A stretch of DNA of 59,628 bases, filler included, from 6 parts of 6 records of this genome joined end to end with filler, not necessarily neighbours in it; one strand, 5' to 3'. Counted from the first letter of the whole stretch, positions 10,299 to 20,758 are shown. Translations and numbers: made by a program. The notes: generated from the sequence alone by a model not told the origin.

Positions 10299-11109
10299 GA
10301 ACGGCGACATTGTCAGCGACCTGGCGGTGGTGATCGACCTGTTCAACGCCTACGCCATACTGCTGCTGATTCTCGGCGGGCTGTTTCTGTGGGCGCTCAA
10401 TTGGGGGCTGAACCGGCTCGGCCATTCCCTGATGGAACGGTTGCCCAGCCGCCGCTTCCTGATTCTCCAGTTCATCACGCTGGTCAGCTTTCTGATTTAC
10501 ACGCTCGGTACCGGCGCCCTTATCCTCGGCGTTCTGAACCCGCCCAGGGAGTTCATTCTGGCCGCCGCCGGTTCCCTGGCGGTGGCGCTGGGTTTCGCTC
10601 TCAAGGATGTGGTGGCATCGCTGGTGGCCGGACTGCTGCTGTTGTTCGACCGGCCATTTCAAGTGGGCGACCGGGTGCAGTTCGGCGATACCTACGGCGA
10701 GATCGTGGCCATAGGTTTGCGCGCGGTGCGGCTGCAGACCCTGGACGACAATCTGGTCACCATCCCCAACTCCCTGTTCATTACCGACGCCGTCGCCTCC
10801 GGCAATGCCGGCGCCCTGGATATGATGGTGGTGTCGGACTTTCATGTCGCCCTGGACGCGGATCTGGAGCAGATCGAAGCGCTGATTCGCGAAGTGGTGG
10901 TCACCAGCCGCTACGCTTATCTGAAAAAACCGGTGACCTTCGCCATCGAAGAAGTGGAAATCGGCAATGCCCTGGCGATCCGTTTCCGCACCAAGGCGTA
11001 TGTCCTGGACGTGCGCTACGAGACCGCCTTCCGCAGCGACGTGGTGGTGCGCGTCACCACGTTGCTCAAGGAGCGCGGGATTCCCCGCCCGCGCATCCTG
11101 CGTGGCTGA
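10291..11109 (+). CDS. Small-conductance mechanosensitive channel family protein (MscS)
   Basis: Three TM segments, then ALGFALKDVVASLVAGLLLLFDRPFQVGDRV..GEIVAIGLRAVRLQTLDDNLVTIPNS; overlaps the upstream stop (ATGAATGA). Confidence 0.92.
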   Translation: MNENGDIVSDLAVVIDLFNAYAILLLILGGLFLWALNWGLNRLGHSLMERLPSRRFLILQFITLVSFLIYTLGTGALILGVLNPPREFILAAAGSLAVALGFALKDVVASLVAGLLLLFDRPFQVGDRVQFGDTYGEIVAIGLRAVRLQTLDDNLVTIPNSLFITDAVASGNAGALDMMVVSDFHVALDADLEQIEALIREVVVTSRYAYLKKPVTFAIEEVEIGNALAIRFRTKAYVLDVRYETAFRSDVVVRVTTLLKERGIPRPRILRG

Positions 11110-11197
11110 CGGTAAGGTGGTTGACGTGAATTGCACTTGCCGGTCAGCGGGACAAACCGACAATGGGAGCCAGTCTGTTCCCGGAACCGTCCCGACC

Positions 11198-12190
11198 ATG
11201 CTCATCGATGCCACCATGTCCCGCCAGAACTTCCATCATGTGGTAGCGGCCCTGGATGCACGCGTGCCTGGCGGGAGGCTGGATCAGGCGCTCAACGAGT
11301 ACCATTTGGAACGCTGTACCGAAGCGGAGCGGATCAATCATTGGCGTTGCGCCGATCTGACCGCCCGGCTTGCCGATCAGCAGGGCGATCCGGCACTGCT
11401 GGCCCGGGGGTTTCAGGCGCTGGAACAACAGCGCCGGCTGTTCCCCGGCCTGTCGCCGATCCCCGGCGACATTCTGGACCGGGTCAACCAGTACCAGCGC
11501 TACCTGTGCCTGCATTCGGAGCTCGGTGATTACCGTCTGCGGATCGGCGCCGAGGACAGCAGCCTGCAGCTGTTCCGCCGCCCCGGCTTCGAGAGTTACG
11601 ACGGCCAGGCCCTGGCATTGCTGTATTCCACCTGCCGCCTGTTGGAACGCGGCGGCCCCTTGCGCATACGGCGCGTTACTCTGCGCGCCCGCCATGGCGA
11701 ACGGGGCCGCCGGGATCTGGAGGCGCTGCTGGGCGTACCGGTCAGTTGCGGGGAAGAGCAGGACGGCGTGGTCTTCAGCAACGCCCACCTGCTGCAACCT
11801 TCCGCCACGGCCGGCAGTCTCGACGCCCTTGGCCAGCGTGAGCGGCAACTGCGGCGTATGCAACCCGGCCTCGGCTGGAGCGACTCGGTGCGCGGCCTGC
11901 TGCCGACCGTGGTGGGGCTGCCGGGCAAGCCGCTGGCGCTGTGCGCCTCGCTACTGGCGGTGAGCGAACGCACCCTGCAACGGCGGGTGGAAGCGGAGGG
12001 GCAGGATTTCCGCTCCCTCCTCAGTGACAGCCGCCGGCAACTGGCGCTGACACTGATGCCCTGGCGCGATCTCACCACCGAGCAACTGGCGGTGCGGCTC
12101 GGTTACAGTCAGACAGCGCAGTTTTATCGCGCCTTCCGCGACTGGTTCGGTGAATCACCGGGCCGCAAACGCGTGGCCATGTACGGTTGA
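11198..12190 (+). CDS. AraC family transcriptional regulator
   Basis: C-terminal double HTH: SERTLQRR..EG..F, LAVRLGYSQTAQFYRAFRDWFGESP. Start codon uncertain. Confidence 0.85.
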   Translation: MLIDATMSRQNFHHVVAALDARVPGGRLDQALNEYHLERCTEAERINHWRCADLTARLADQQGDPALLARGFQALEQQRRLFPGLSPIPGDILDRVNQYQRYLCLHSELGDYRLRIGAEDSSLQLFRRPGFESYDGQALALLYSTCRLLERGGPLRIRRVTLRARHGERGRRDLEALLGVPVSCGEEQDGVVFSNAHLLQPSATAGSLDALGQRERQLRRMQPGLGWSDSVRGLLPTVVGLPGKPLALCASLLAVSERTLQRRVEAEGQDFRSLLSDSRRQLALTLMPWRDLTTEQLAVRLGYSQTAQFYRAFRDWFGESPGRKRVAMYG

Positions 12191-12244
12191 GTGATCCTGT
12201 TCACCCCGGGAGCCAATAAGGATTAAAACCATCGGGAGAACACC

Positions 12245-13543
12245 ATGTTACAAAGCCTCCGTTACGGCTTGGCGGCCACGGCCCTGTTGATCACCAGCCA
12301 GAGCCATGCCGACACACCTCAACTGCCGCCACCGGAAAGCACCACTTTGTCCAAACTGCAACTGATGCAGGGCTTCCCTCCACCGCCGGACAAGCTGGTC
12401 ACCCAGGCTAATTTCAACCGTTTCCCCAATGGCCGCTGGGCACTGCATCACATGCGCGAACTGCAACCCTCACGGGGCATCGCCCGCGATCCGCTGGCGG
12501 ATGTGGCAAAGTTGAAGTACAAGGACCGCGGTCTGGGCGATCTCCGTTTCGACGACGGCAGCGGCCAGACCACCACCGTTTCCGAATGGCTTCGCGACAC
12601 CTATACCGACGCTTTCATCGTACTGCACAAGGGACGGGTGGTGTACGAGACCTACGCCGATGGCATGGATGATCAGGATCAGCACATCCTGTGGTCCGTT
12701 ACCAAATCAGTCACCGGCTTGCTGGCCGCCGACATGATTCAACGTGGCGAGCTGGACCCGGACGTCACCGTGGCCCATTACGTGCCGGAACTGAAAGACA
12801 GTGCCTGGGGTGACGCCACCGTACAACAGGTACTGGATATGACCGCCGCGGTGCGTTACCGCGAGGACTACAAGGACTTCACCTCCGACGTTTACCGCTA
12901 CGCCTTCTCTTCCGGCATTCTGCCAAAACCGAAAAACTATCAGGGTCCGGCTTCCCTTTATGAATTTCTCGCCAGCCTGACCGAGAAGAGCGGCGAGCAC
13001 GGTAAGCAGTTCACCTACCAGACGGTGCAGTCGGAAGTGGTGGCCTGGATCATCAGCAAGGCCTCCGGGCGGGACTACACCGACCTGCTGTCCGAACGTA
13101 TCTGGAGCAAGCTGGGCGCCGAACGGGATGCCTATGTTCTGGTGGATCCCCACGGCACACCGCTGGCCGGCGGCGGCATGAACGCTACTTTGCGCGACCT
13201 CGCCCGCTTCGCCGAAATGGTGCGCCGCAAAGGCCATTACAATGGTGAGCAGATGGTCAGCAAGGCCGCCATCGAGGACATCTTCAAAGGTGGCGAGCGA
13301 TCCAAATTCGAGGGCGGTGGTCTGGATTTCCGTCGGGGGCAGTCCTATCACAATCAGTGGTATCAGACCCACAACGACCATGGTGCCTTACAGGCCGCCG
13401 GCATCCATGGCCAGATGATTCATATCGATCCGCAAGCGGAACTGGTGGTGGTGAAGTTCTCTTCTCACCCGGTGGCCAGCTCCAGCTTTACCTATACCTC
13501 CACCACGGCGGCCCTCGACGCCATCACCGAAGCTCTGCAATAA
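12245..13543 (+). CDS. Secreted serine hydrolase, beta-lactamase fold, NylB (6-aminohexanoate-dimer hydrolase)-like
   Basis: Signal peptide; LMQGFPP, HILWSVTKS (SxxK), LLSERIWSKLGAE, GIHGQ motifs. Confidence 0.85.
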   Translation: MLQSLRYGLAATALLITSQSHADTPQLPPPESTTLSKLQLMQGFPPPPDKLVTQANFNRFPNGRWALHHMRELQPSRGIARDPLADVAKLKYKDRGLGDLRFDDGSGQTTTVSEWLRDTYTDAFIVLHKGRVVYETYADGMDDQDQHILWSVTKSVTGLLAADMIQRGELDPDVTVAHYVPELKDSAWGDATVQQVLDMTAAVRYREDYKDFTSDVYRYAFSSGILPKPKNYQGPASLYEFLASLTEKSGEHGKQFTYQTVQSEVVAWIISKASGRDYTDLLSERIWSKLGAERDAYVLVDPHGTPLAGGGMNATLRDLARFAEMVRRKGHYNGEQMVSKAAIEDIFKGGERSKFEGGGLDFRRGQSYHNQWYQTHNDHGALQAAGIHGQMIHIDPQAELVVVKFSSHPVASSSFTYTSTTAALDAITEALQ

Positions 13544-13551
13544 CGACGATG

Positions 13552-13580
13552 GCCGGCGGCAACTCCGCCGGCTATTTTTT
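13552..13580 (+). terminator. Rho-independent terminator
   Basis: GCCGGCGG-caact-CCGCCGGC followed by a T-run, between convergent genes. Confidence 0.8.
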
Positions 13581-13583
13581 GCT

Positions 13584-14447
13584 TTAGCCGACGCCCTGAA
13601 GCTCTGGACGATCAAGCATCCGAGACAGCTTTTTCAGCGCCTGTTCACGTACCGCGCGGCTGTCCTTTTTTTCCGGATGGAAAGATGGCTTGTAATACGC
13701 CACATAGGACCGTCCGAGGCGCCGGAGCCAACCCGGCCGGCCGAACAACCAGTTCAGCCCGTTCCCCACGGAACGAAGATCCCGTTTATCGTCCATACCC
13801 TGACGCAACTGGATATAGTGAAAAATGGTGAAGCCGATGAATTCCACCGTGGTCAGCGCCATTTCCGAAGTGCGAATCCAGTAGCTGCCGACCTGATCCG
13901 CGTACACGTCGTAGGCCACCGCCTTATGCTCACTTTCCTCCACCGCGTGCCATAGCCAAAGAGGCAGCATGCGTTCGTCCATGCCTTCGAGAAACTCCGG
14001 GTTTTCCAGAATCAGTTCCGCCAGCATGGCGGTGAAATGCTCCAACGCGCAGGTCTTTGCCAATTGCCGCTCCGGAGACAGGTTCTTGGCGATCCACTTC
14101 ATGCCGTTGTGCACGAAGTCATGGACCTTGCGGGTCGGCACGCCCTTTTCTTCCATGAAATCATTGAACGCTTCGTGCTCCTTACCGTGGTGCGCCTCCT
14201 GGCCGATGAACCCTTTCACCCGCTCGCGCAGATCCGGATCGGAGATTTGCTTTTGATAGTGGCGCACGGCGCGGACGAAGAAACGTTCGCCCTCTGGAAA
14301 GGTGCAGGATAAAGCCGTCAGCAGCGTGGTTTTGAATTGATCGTCGGCGAACCAGTAGCGCGACATGGACGGATCGAACTGGAAATCCATACGGCGCGGC
14401 TGGATGTCGCTGGCGTTGGTGCGCATGGCGGTCACTTTGGCGTTCAT
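13584..14447 (-). CDS. Predicted metal-dependent hydrolase
   Basis: FPEGERFF, FIGQEAHHGKEH, LEHFTA, WHAVEESEHKAVAYD motifs. Confidence 0.85.
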   Translation of the reverse strand: MNAKVTAMRTNASDIQPRRMDFQFDPSMSRYWFADDQFKTTLLTALSCTFPEGERFFVRAVRHYQKQISDPDLRERVKGFIGQEAHHGKEHEAFNDFMEEKGVPTRKVHDFVHNGMKWIAKNLSPERQLAKTCALEHFTAMLAELILENPEFLEGMDERMLPLWLWHAVEESEHKAVAYDVYADQVGSYWIRTSEMALTTVEFIGFTIFHYIQLRQGMDDKRDLRSVGNGLNWLFGRPGWLRRLGRSYVAYYKPSFHPEKKDSRAVREQALKKLSRMLDRPELQGVG

Positions 14448-14680
14448 GCCCGGTCTCCCGATGAACTTCTCGAATGGCCTTCACTATGCGATCACGGCGA
14501 TTCGGCACGCCAGTGCCGCTTGTGCCATTTTGCCCTGCCCGGAATGCCAAAAACGGCCTGGCGGACGCCGGGCGCCAGCCGATCAGGGTCCATGAGCGGT
14601 GCTACGAAGCCCCTACAGCGGCTCCGTAGCCCTTTCGATAGGAAACGGTTTCAGACTGATAAGTGAATGGGGCTCACCGC

Positions 14681-14708
14681 AAAAAAAGGCCGGCGGGGAG
14701 CCGGCCGA
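14681..14708 (-). terminator. Rho-independent terminator downstream of the Prx-Grx gene
   Basis: On the minus strand GGCCGGC-loop-GCCGGCC followed by T7. Confidence 0.8.
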
Positions 14709-14783
14709 GGAAGGGGAAGTCACTTGGGGAAAACAGTGGGCGCGCGTCCTTGTGCGCCGCTACCCGGTGAGCGCGGGTAAGGG

Positions 14784-15527
14784 TCAGGAAACGGCGGCCG
14801 CCAGCCACTGTTCCAATTCATCGGCGCCGCCAATACGTTCGCCTTCAATATAGACCTGCGGGGTGGTACCGGCGCCGGTCACCGCCGCCAGAGTGCTGTA
14901 GCTGAGGCCACGGCTGCCCAGCTCGATTTCCTCGAAACTGTAACCCGCCTCTCGCAGCGCGTTCTTGGCGCGGGCACAGTGCGGGCAACCCGGTTTGCTG
15001 AATACCGTCACCCGCTTGGGCAACGCCGCCTCGCCATTGATATAACCCAGCATGGTGTCGGCGTCGGAGACTTCGAACGGGTCACCGGGCTGGTCCGGCT
15101 CGATGAACATCTTATCGATCACGCCGTCCTTCACCAGCATCGAGTAACGCCAGCTGCGGGAACCGAAACCCAGCTCCTTCTTGCCCACCAGCATGCCCAT
15201 CTTCTCGGTGAACTCGGCGTTGCCATCGGGAATAAAGCGAATGTTCTCCGCTGCCTGGTCGCCAGCCCAGGCGTCCATGACAAAGGCGTCGTTAACGGAC
15301 AGGCACAGAATGTCGTCCACGCCATTGCTTTTGAACACCGGCGCCAGCTCGTTGTAGCGCGGCAGGTGAGTGGAGGAGCAGGTCGGCGTGAAAGCCCCCG
15401 GCAACGCGAATACCACCACCGTCTTGCCCTGGAACAGGTCCGTGGTGGTCACGTCCCGCCATTCATTGCCTTCCCGGGTGCGGAAGGTGACTTCCGGAAC
15501 ACGCTGGCCTTCCCGATTGCTCAACAT
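14784..15527 (-). CDS. pgdX: Hybrid peroxiredoxin (Prx5)-glutaredoxin
   Basis: PGAFTPTCS Prx5 active site plus C-terminal Grx domain GCPHC...TTPQVYI; GAGGAG RBS. Confidence 0.93.
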   Translation of the reverse strand: MLSNREGQRVPEVTFRTREGNEWRDVTTTDLFQGKTVVVFALPGAFTPTCSSTHLPRYNELAPVFKSNGVDDILCLSVNDAFVMDAWAGDQAAENIRFIPDGNAEFTEKMGMLVGKKELGFGSRSWRYSMLVKDGVIDKMFIEPDQPGDPFEVSDADTMLGYINGEAALPKRVTVFSKPGCPHCARAKNALREAGYSFEEIELGSRGLSYSTLAAVTGAGTTPQVYIEGERIGGADELEQWLAAAVS

Positions 15528-15602
15528 GGACACTCTCCTCGTCTTTCATTCATTACGTCTCTGATAGACAAGGAGCATAAGGACAGAGTCTTAATTAATA
15601 AA

Positions 15603-15639
15603 AACGTTTGCCTCTATTTTTGCCATAGCCCTTCACTAT
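15603..15639. promoter_or_regulatory. OxyR binding site
   Basis: AACG-N7-CTAT-N7-ATAG-N7-CTAT matches 3 of 4 tetramers of the OxyR consensus with exact spacing, upstream of a peroxiredoxin. Confidence 0.8.
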
Positions 15640-15657
15640 GCGAACACGCCTGGCTGG

Positions 15658-17079
15658 CTATTCGCCGGGTTCAGGGCGGGCTATACGCTGGATCACCGGG
15701 TCATCCAGGTCCCAGCCGCCGCCTATGGCGGCGGCCAGTTCCGCCGCTGCCTGCAATTGCTGGCTGGTGATGTCCAGGCGTGAGCGGCGCGCTTCCAGGG
15801 TGAGATTCTGCGCCGTGGCCACCTCCAGGAAAGACACCATGCCGGCACGGTAGCGGTTGGTGATGACGCTTTCATTCTGTTCCGCCAAGGCCAGCAGCTC
15901 ATCCTGCTGTTCCGCTTTCTCGCGAAGAATTTGCATCGTCGCCAGGGCGTCTTCCACATCGCGCAGACTGTCCAGAACGGTCTGTCTGTAGTTCGCCACC
16001 TGCTCATCGTACTGGGCCACCGCGATATCGCGGGTGGCGCGCCGGCGGCCACCATCGAACAATGTCAGCGCCAGTGACGGCCCCACCGACCAGATTCGTT
16101 GCGGCGCATCGAACAAGCCCGAGAAGGTGTCATCCTGCAAAGCGCCATAGGCGCTCAAGGTGAGATCCGGCAACCAGGCGGTCTGGGCCACGCCGATCAG
16201 CGCATTGGCCTGGGCCACGCCCCGTTCCGCCACCACCACATCCGGGCGGCGCGCGATCAACACCGATGGCAGGGCCGCCGGCAGTGCCGGCAACAACGGC
16301 AGGTCATCGGTGGCGGCGATGCTGAACGACACCGGCGCCACGCCCAACAAGGCCGCCAGCGCATTTTCTTCCTGGGCTCGTTGTTGTTGCAGATCATAGA
16401 GCTGCGTGCGCAGAGACTGGCGCTGGGTTTCCGCCTGGATCACATCGGACCGGGACACGATACCGGCGTTGTACTGATTGCGAGTCAACTCCGCCGAGCG
16501 ATCGTATGCCGCCATGGTCAGTTCGAGAATATCGCGCTGGCGATCCAGCGCGCGTACCCGAACATAGCCCTGCACCACCGCTACCTGAAGGGTCAGTCGG
16601 GCAGCGGCGATGTCGGCGGCGCTGGCGGCCAGACCAGCACGCTCCGCTTCCACCTGGCGCCGCACCCGCCCCCAAAGATCCGGCGCCCAGCTGATATCCA
16701 GACGGCCACTGAACAAGTTGCCGGGGTCGGTATCGCTGCCGCCGCTACGAGTACCGTTCACGGACGCGTCCAGTCGCGGGCTGTACTCACCACGGGCCAG
16801 ACGCCACTGCGCCTCGGCGGCGCGGAAACGGGCTTCCGCCTGGGCCAGGGTTTGGCTGGCCTGATCCGCGCGCCGGATCAGATCGGTCAGCACCGGATCG
16901 TCAAACGCTTCCCACCAGGTACCCTGGGCCACCCAGGGTTGCTCCGGCATGGTTCGCCAGCCATCCTGGTATTGGAATCGCGCCGGAATGGCACTCTCCG
17001 GCGTGCGATAGTCCGGTCCCAGGGTGCAGCCGGCAAGGGCCAGCAAGCACAGCAGGGAAGTGGCGGATAGACGCATCAT
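15658..17079 (-). CDS. RND efflux outer-membrane lipoprotein (NodT/OprM family)
   Basis: Lipobox LAGC, then TLGPDYRTP, WWEAFDDPVL, PDLWGRVRR, RRPDV. Confidence 0.92.
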   Translation of the reverse strand: MMRLSATSLLCLLALAGCTLGPDYRTPESAIPARFQYQDGWRTMPEQPWVAQGTWWEAFDDPVLTDLIRRADQASQTLAQAEARFRAAEAQWRLARGEYSPRLDASVNGTRSGGSDTDPGNLFSGRLDISWAPDLWGRVRRQVEAERAGLAASAADIAAARLTLQVAVVQGYVRVRALDRQRDILELTMAAYDRSAELTRNQYNAGIVSRSDVIQAETQRQSLRTQLYDLQQQRAQEENALAALLGVAPVSFSIAATDDLPLLPALPAALPSVLIARRPDVVVAERGVAQANALIGVAQTAWLPDLTLSAYGALQDDTFSGLFDAPQRIWSVGPSLALTLFDGGRRRATRDIAVAQYDEQVANYRQTVLDSLRDVEDALATMQILREKAEQQDELLALAEQNESVITNRYRAGMVSFLEVATAQNLTLEARRSRLDITSQQLQAAAELAAAIGGGWDLDDPVIQRIARPEPGE

Positions 17080-17095
17080 TACAGGCCTCTTCTCT

Positions 17096-18984
17096 TCATA
17101 CCGACTCCAGAGGGTTATCGCCTGACCGGCGGCGCAGGGTGCGCTGGCGCAATGTTTCCAGATACAGATAGATCACCGGCGTGGTGTACAGCGTCAACAG
17201 CTGACTGAACGCCAAACCGCCGATGATGGTAATCCCGAGCGGCTGGCGCAGCTCTGATCCTTCGCCGAGTCCCAGTACCAACGGCACCGCGCCGAGCAGA
17301 CCGGCCAGGTTGGTCATCAGAATCGGCCGTAATCGCAACAACGCCGCTTGACGGATCGCCGCCAGCGGGGCCAGGCCATCCCGCCGCTGCGCTTCCAGGG
17401 CAAAGTCGATCATCAGAATGGCGTTCTTCATCACGATGCCGATCAGCAGGAACAATCCCAACAGCGCGATCAGGCTGAATGGCGTATCACTGATACGCAG
17501 CGCCAACAAAGCGCCAATACCGGCGGAAGGCAAAGTGGAAAGAATGGTAAGCGGGTGCAGGGTGCTTTCGTACAGCATGCCCAACACCATGTACACCGCC
17601 AGCAGTACCGACAGAATGAGCAGAGGCTGACTGAGGTTGCCTTCGAAATTGGGCCGGTCGGAACCCGGCCCGGCATACACGCTCGGCGGCAGCATAATGT
17701 CGTTGAGCGCCTTCTGGATCGCTTCTTCCGCCTGTATCGGCGTGACCCCGGGGGCCAGCGCATACCCTATCCCCGTGGCGGCGAACTGAGAGTCGTGGCG
17801 AATGCGGTCGTTGGTCAGTCCGTATTCCCAGGTCGCGAAGGTGGACAGCGGCACGCGCGCGCCGTCGTCGGTCAACACTTCCAGTTGCTCCAGTACCGAA
17901 GGTTGTTCGGTGTAGCGCGGCAATAACTCCATCACCACCCGGTACTGGTTCAATTCATCGTAGAGCGTGGCCACCTGCCGCTGGGAAAAGGAGTTGTTCA
18001 ACACCGACGCCACCGTCGCCATGTCGACCCCGTGCACCCGCGCCGCTTCGCGATCAATATCCAGTACCACCTGTTGCGCTTCCTCGTCACCGGCGGAGTC
18101 CACGTCCACCAGTTCCGGCAGTTTCTGCATCGCTTCCGATGCCTTGCGTGACCAGATATCCAGCAACTCCAGGGAATCCGAACGCAACACCAACTCATAA
18201 TCACTGCGACTGAACCCTCCCGATAGCCGGATATCCTGATCCACCATCAGAAACATCATGCCACCGGGAACATGAGGCGCCTTGGCCCGCAGCCGGTTGA
18301 CCACCTCTTGAGCCGACACCCCCCGTTCCGCCAGCGGCTTGAGGTTGATGGTGAGCTGGGCATTGGTGATACCGCCATCGCCACCGCTGGTGCCGGTAAC
18401 GTCCTGCACCGCCGGATCGTCCATGATCAATTGCCGGAACACTTCGATCTTCGGCTGCATCAACTGGAATGAAAAACCGTCGTCACCGCGGACGAAGCCG
18501 CGAATTTGTCCGGTGTCCTGCGGCGGTAGCGTGGTTTTCGGGATCGCCACATACAGCCACACATTGACCGCCACCACCGCCAGCAAGGTAAGCAGGGTAA
18601 TCAGCCGATGACGCAACGCCCAGTCCAGACTGGCGGCATAGGCGTGTTGCAGGGAATGGAACGCGGCCTCACTGCGCCGGGCCAGGGCCGAGGGCGCGCC
18701 GGTGGCTTTTCCCCGCAACCAAAGCGCGCACAGGCTGGGAGTCAGGGTTAGCGAGACCAACAAGGAAATCAGCATCGCCGCCGCCAGGGTAATGGAGAAC
18801 TCGCGGAACAAACGCTCGACAATGCCGCCCATGAACAGGATCGACACGAACACCACCACCAGCGCCACATTCATCGCCAGCAGTGTGAAGCCCACTTCGC
18901 CAGCCCCCTTGATCGCCGCCTGCAACGGCGGCAGCCCGTTCTCGATATGCCGCTCGATGTTTTCCAGCACCACGATGGCATCGT
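17096..18984 (-). CDS. RND efflux permease (MdtB/MdtC-like), 5'-truncated by contig end
   Basis: DAIVVLENI, GIVMKNAILMIDFA, RLRPILMT motifs. Confidence 0.9.
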
Positions 18985-19084
18985 NNNNNNNNNNNNNNNN
19001 NNNNNNNNNNNNNNNNNNNNNNNNNNNNTTAATTAATTAANNNNNNNNNNNNNNNNNNNNNNNNNNNNNNNNNNNNNNNNNNNN
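18985..19084. other. Artificial contig linker
   Basis: 100-nt N/TTAATTAATTAA spacer. Confidence 0.98.
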
Positions 19085-19535
19085 CAGCGCGGGCGGCATG
19101 CTGATGGGCGCGGTCTCGAACATGGCGCCCGATCTCTTCAAGGGGATCATAGCGGAGGTGCCGTTCGTGGACGTGCTGGCGACGATCCTCGATGCCTCAC
19201 TGCCGCTGACGCCACCGGAATGGAACGAATGGGGGAACCCGATTGAAAGCCGGGAAGCCTACGAATACATGGCGTCCTACTCGCCCTACGACAATGTGAA
19301 GCGCCAAGCCTATCCGCATATCTTCGCGCTCGGTGGGCTCACCGATCCGCGCGTGACCTATTGGGAGCCCGCGAAGTGGGTGGCGAAGCTTCGCGAGGCC
19401 CGCACGAATGACGGCATCACCATGCTCCATATCAACATGGATGCCGGACATGGCGGCGCATCGGGCCGCTTCGAGCGGCTGAAGGAAGTCGCGCGCGTCT
19501 ACGCCTTTGCGCTCGCCGTCACCGGCAAGGCCTGA
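19085..19535 (+). CDS. ptrB: Oligopeptidase B (S9A), C-terminal fragment
   Basis: [45 protein letters not shown]. Confidence 0.9.
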
Positions 19536-19620
19536 GCCTGAAACGGCGCGGGCCGCGCTCCCTCCCGAACGCGGCCCGCAAGCGCCCTGCCCTATCGGGC
19601 GATAGAGCCGGTCGCCGATA

Positions 19621-20163
19621 CTAGTCTCCGTATGGCATGCAGACAGAGGATGCGCGCAGCGCGTCGAGCCTCGGCATGGCGGCGTCGTTCTCAATGACGC
19701 GGCGGACAAGGGCGAGACCTTTTTCCGTCGGCGCGGTAACGGCCTCGACGCCTTCCGGCAGTTCCGCCGGGATGTCGCCCGGTGCGGCGACCACGAGCGT
19801 AATCGGCACGCCCTCGGCGAGACCGCCGTCCTGCCTGTTGTTGCGGACATAGTAGTTGTCGGTGATCGAGGCATAGAGCGCGAGCGACGTGTAAGGATCG
19901 CTGGCCGGCACCTTGATCGTCACCGGCCCCTCCGACAGATCGAGTACGCATATCGAGTAGGCGAGATCGGGGCTTGGACGGACGACGGTACGCCATTTGT
20001 CCGTGGACCGCGGAGGGTGGATGAAATCGTTGAGAGCGCCGGAACCGCCGAGTTTCGACATGGCTACCGACATGACGACGCGCGGGACCGCCCATATCAC
20101 TGCGAGGTGAAGGATGACGGCAAGTGCCGCGACAATGGCGAGCCATTGAACGGTGCGCTTCAT
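19621..20163 (-). CDS. DUF1254-like membrane-anchored protein
   Basis: N-terminal TM; RPSPDLAYSICVLDLSEGPV; ATGA overlap with the upstream gene. Confidence 0.7.
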   Translation of the reverse strand: MKRTVQWLAIVAALAVILHLAVIWAVPRVVMSVAMSKLGGSGALNDFIHPPRSTDKWRTVVRPSPDLAYSICVLDLSEGPVTIKVPASDPYTSLALYASITDNYYVRNNRQDGGLAEGVPITLVVAAPGDIPAELPEGVEAVTAPTEKGLALVRRVIENDAAMPRLDALRASSVCMPYGD

Positions 20164-20729
20164 TTGCAGGTTTCCTTCACGATAGAGGGCAGCACGGCCA
20201 CCGCGGGGTCGACGTGGACAGATGGTTCTGGATTGTAAAAACGTGCCGTCAGATCGAAGGCCTCGCCGGCCTGAACCGGCAGCCAGTTTTTCTCCTGACG
20301 GTCGGTGGAAACGCGAATGACAAAGCGGCCATCGGTCTCACGCTCGGTCGTGGTTTTGGAGAAAGAAAAGACATCGTCCTCGTTGGGGATGAGGAAACTG
20401 TCGGCGTTATAGGCAGTGATGCTCCACCAATGGGCAGCGAGGTCGTCCCCTTCGACACGGTAGGTGCAGTTGCCGGTGAGCCCGTCGCCATCGCTGTCGA
20501 CGCGCGCCTGGTAATACATGGTCTCGCGCTTATCGAGTGCGAGAAGGCCGAAAAGCGCCACACGCGCGCGGCTGTACATCCCCGCATCGACGCTGCCGAA
20601 GACGGTGGAGGTGGTCCATGGACCGACGCGGTAGCTGCCGTCGTAGTCGGTGACGACCCACCATGCAGTGCCCAAAGCGATGACCAGTGCCGCCGCCAGA
20701 GCGGAGCCCCAGTAGATAAATGCTTTCAT
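20160..20729 (-). CDS. DUF1214-like membrane-anchored protein
   Basis: N-terminal TM; ETMYY..DSDGDGLTG.CTY, WWSITAY, NWLP, RFYNP. Confidence 0.75.
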   Translation of the reverse strand: MKAFIYWGSALAAALVIALGTAWWVVTDYDGSYRVGPWTTSTVFGSVDAGMYSRARVALFGLLALDKRETMYYQARVDSDGDGLTGNCTYRVEGDDLAAHWWSITAYNADSFLIPNEDDVFSFSKTTTERETDGRFVIRVSTDRQEKNWLPVQAGEAFDLTARFYNPEPSVHVDPAVAVLPSIVKETCK

Positions 20730-20758
20730 TTTTCTCTCTTGTGTTCGCGCCGCTGCGC

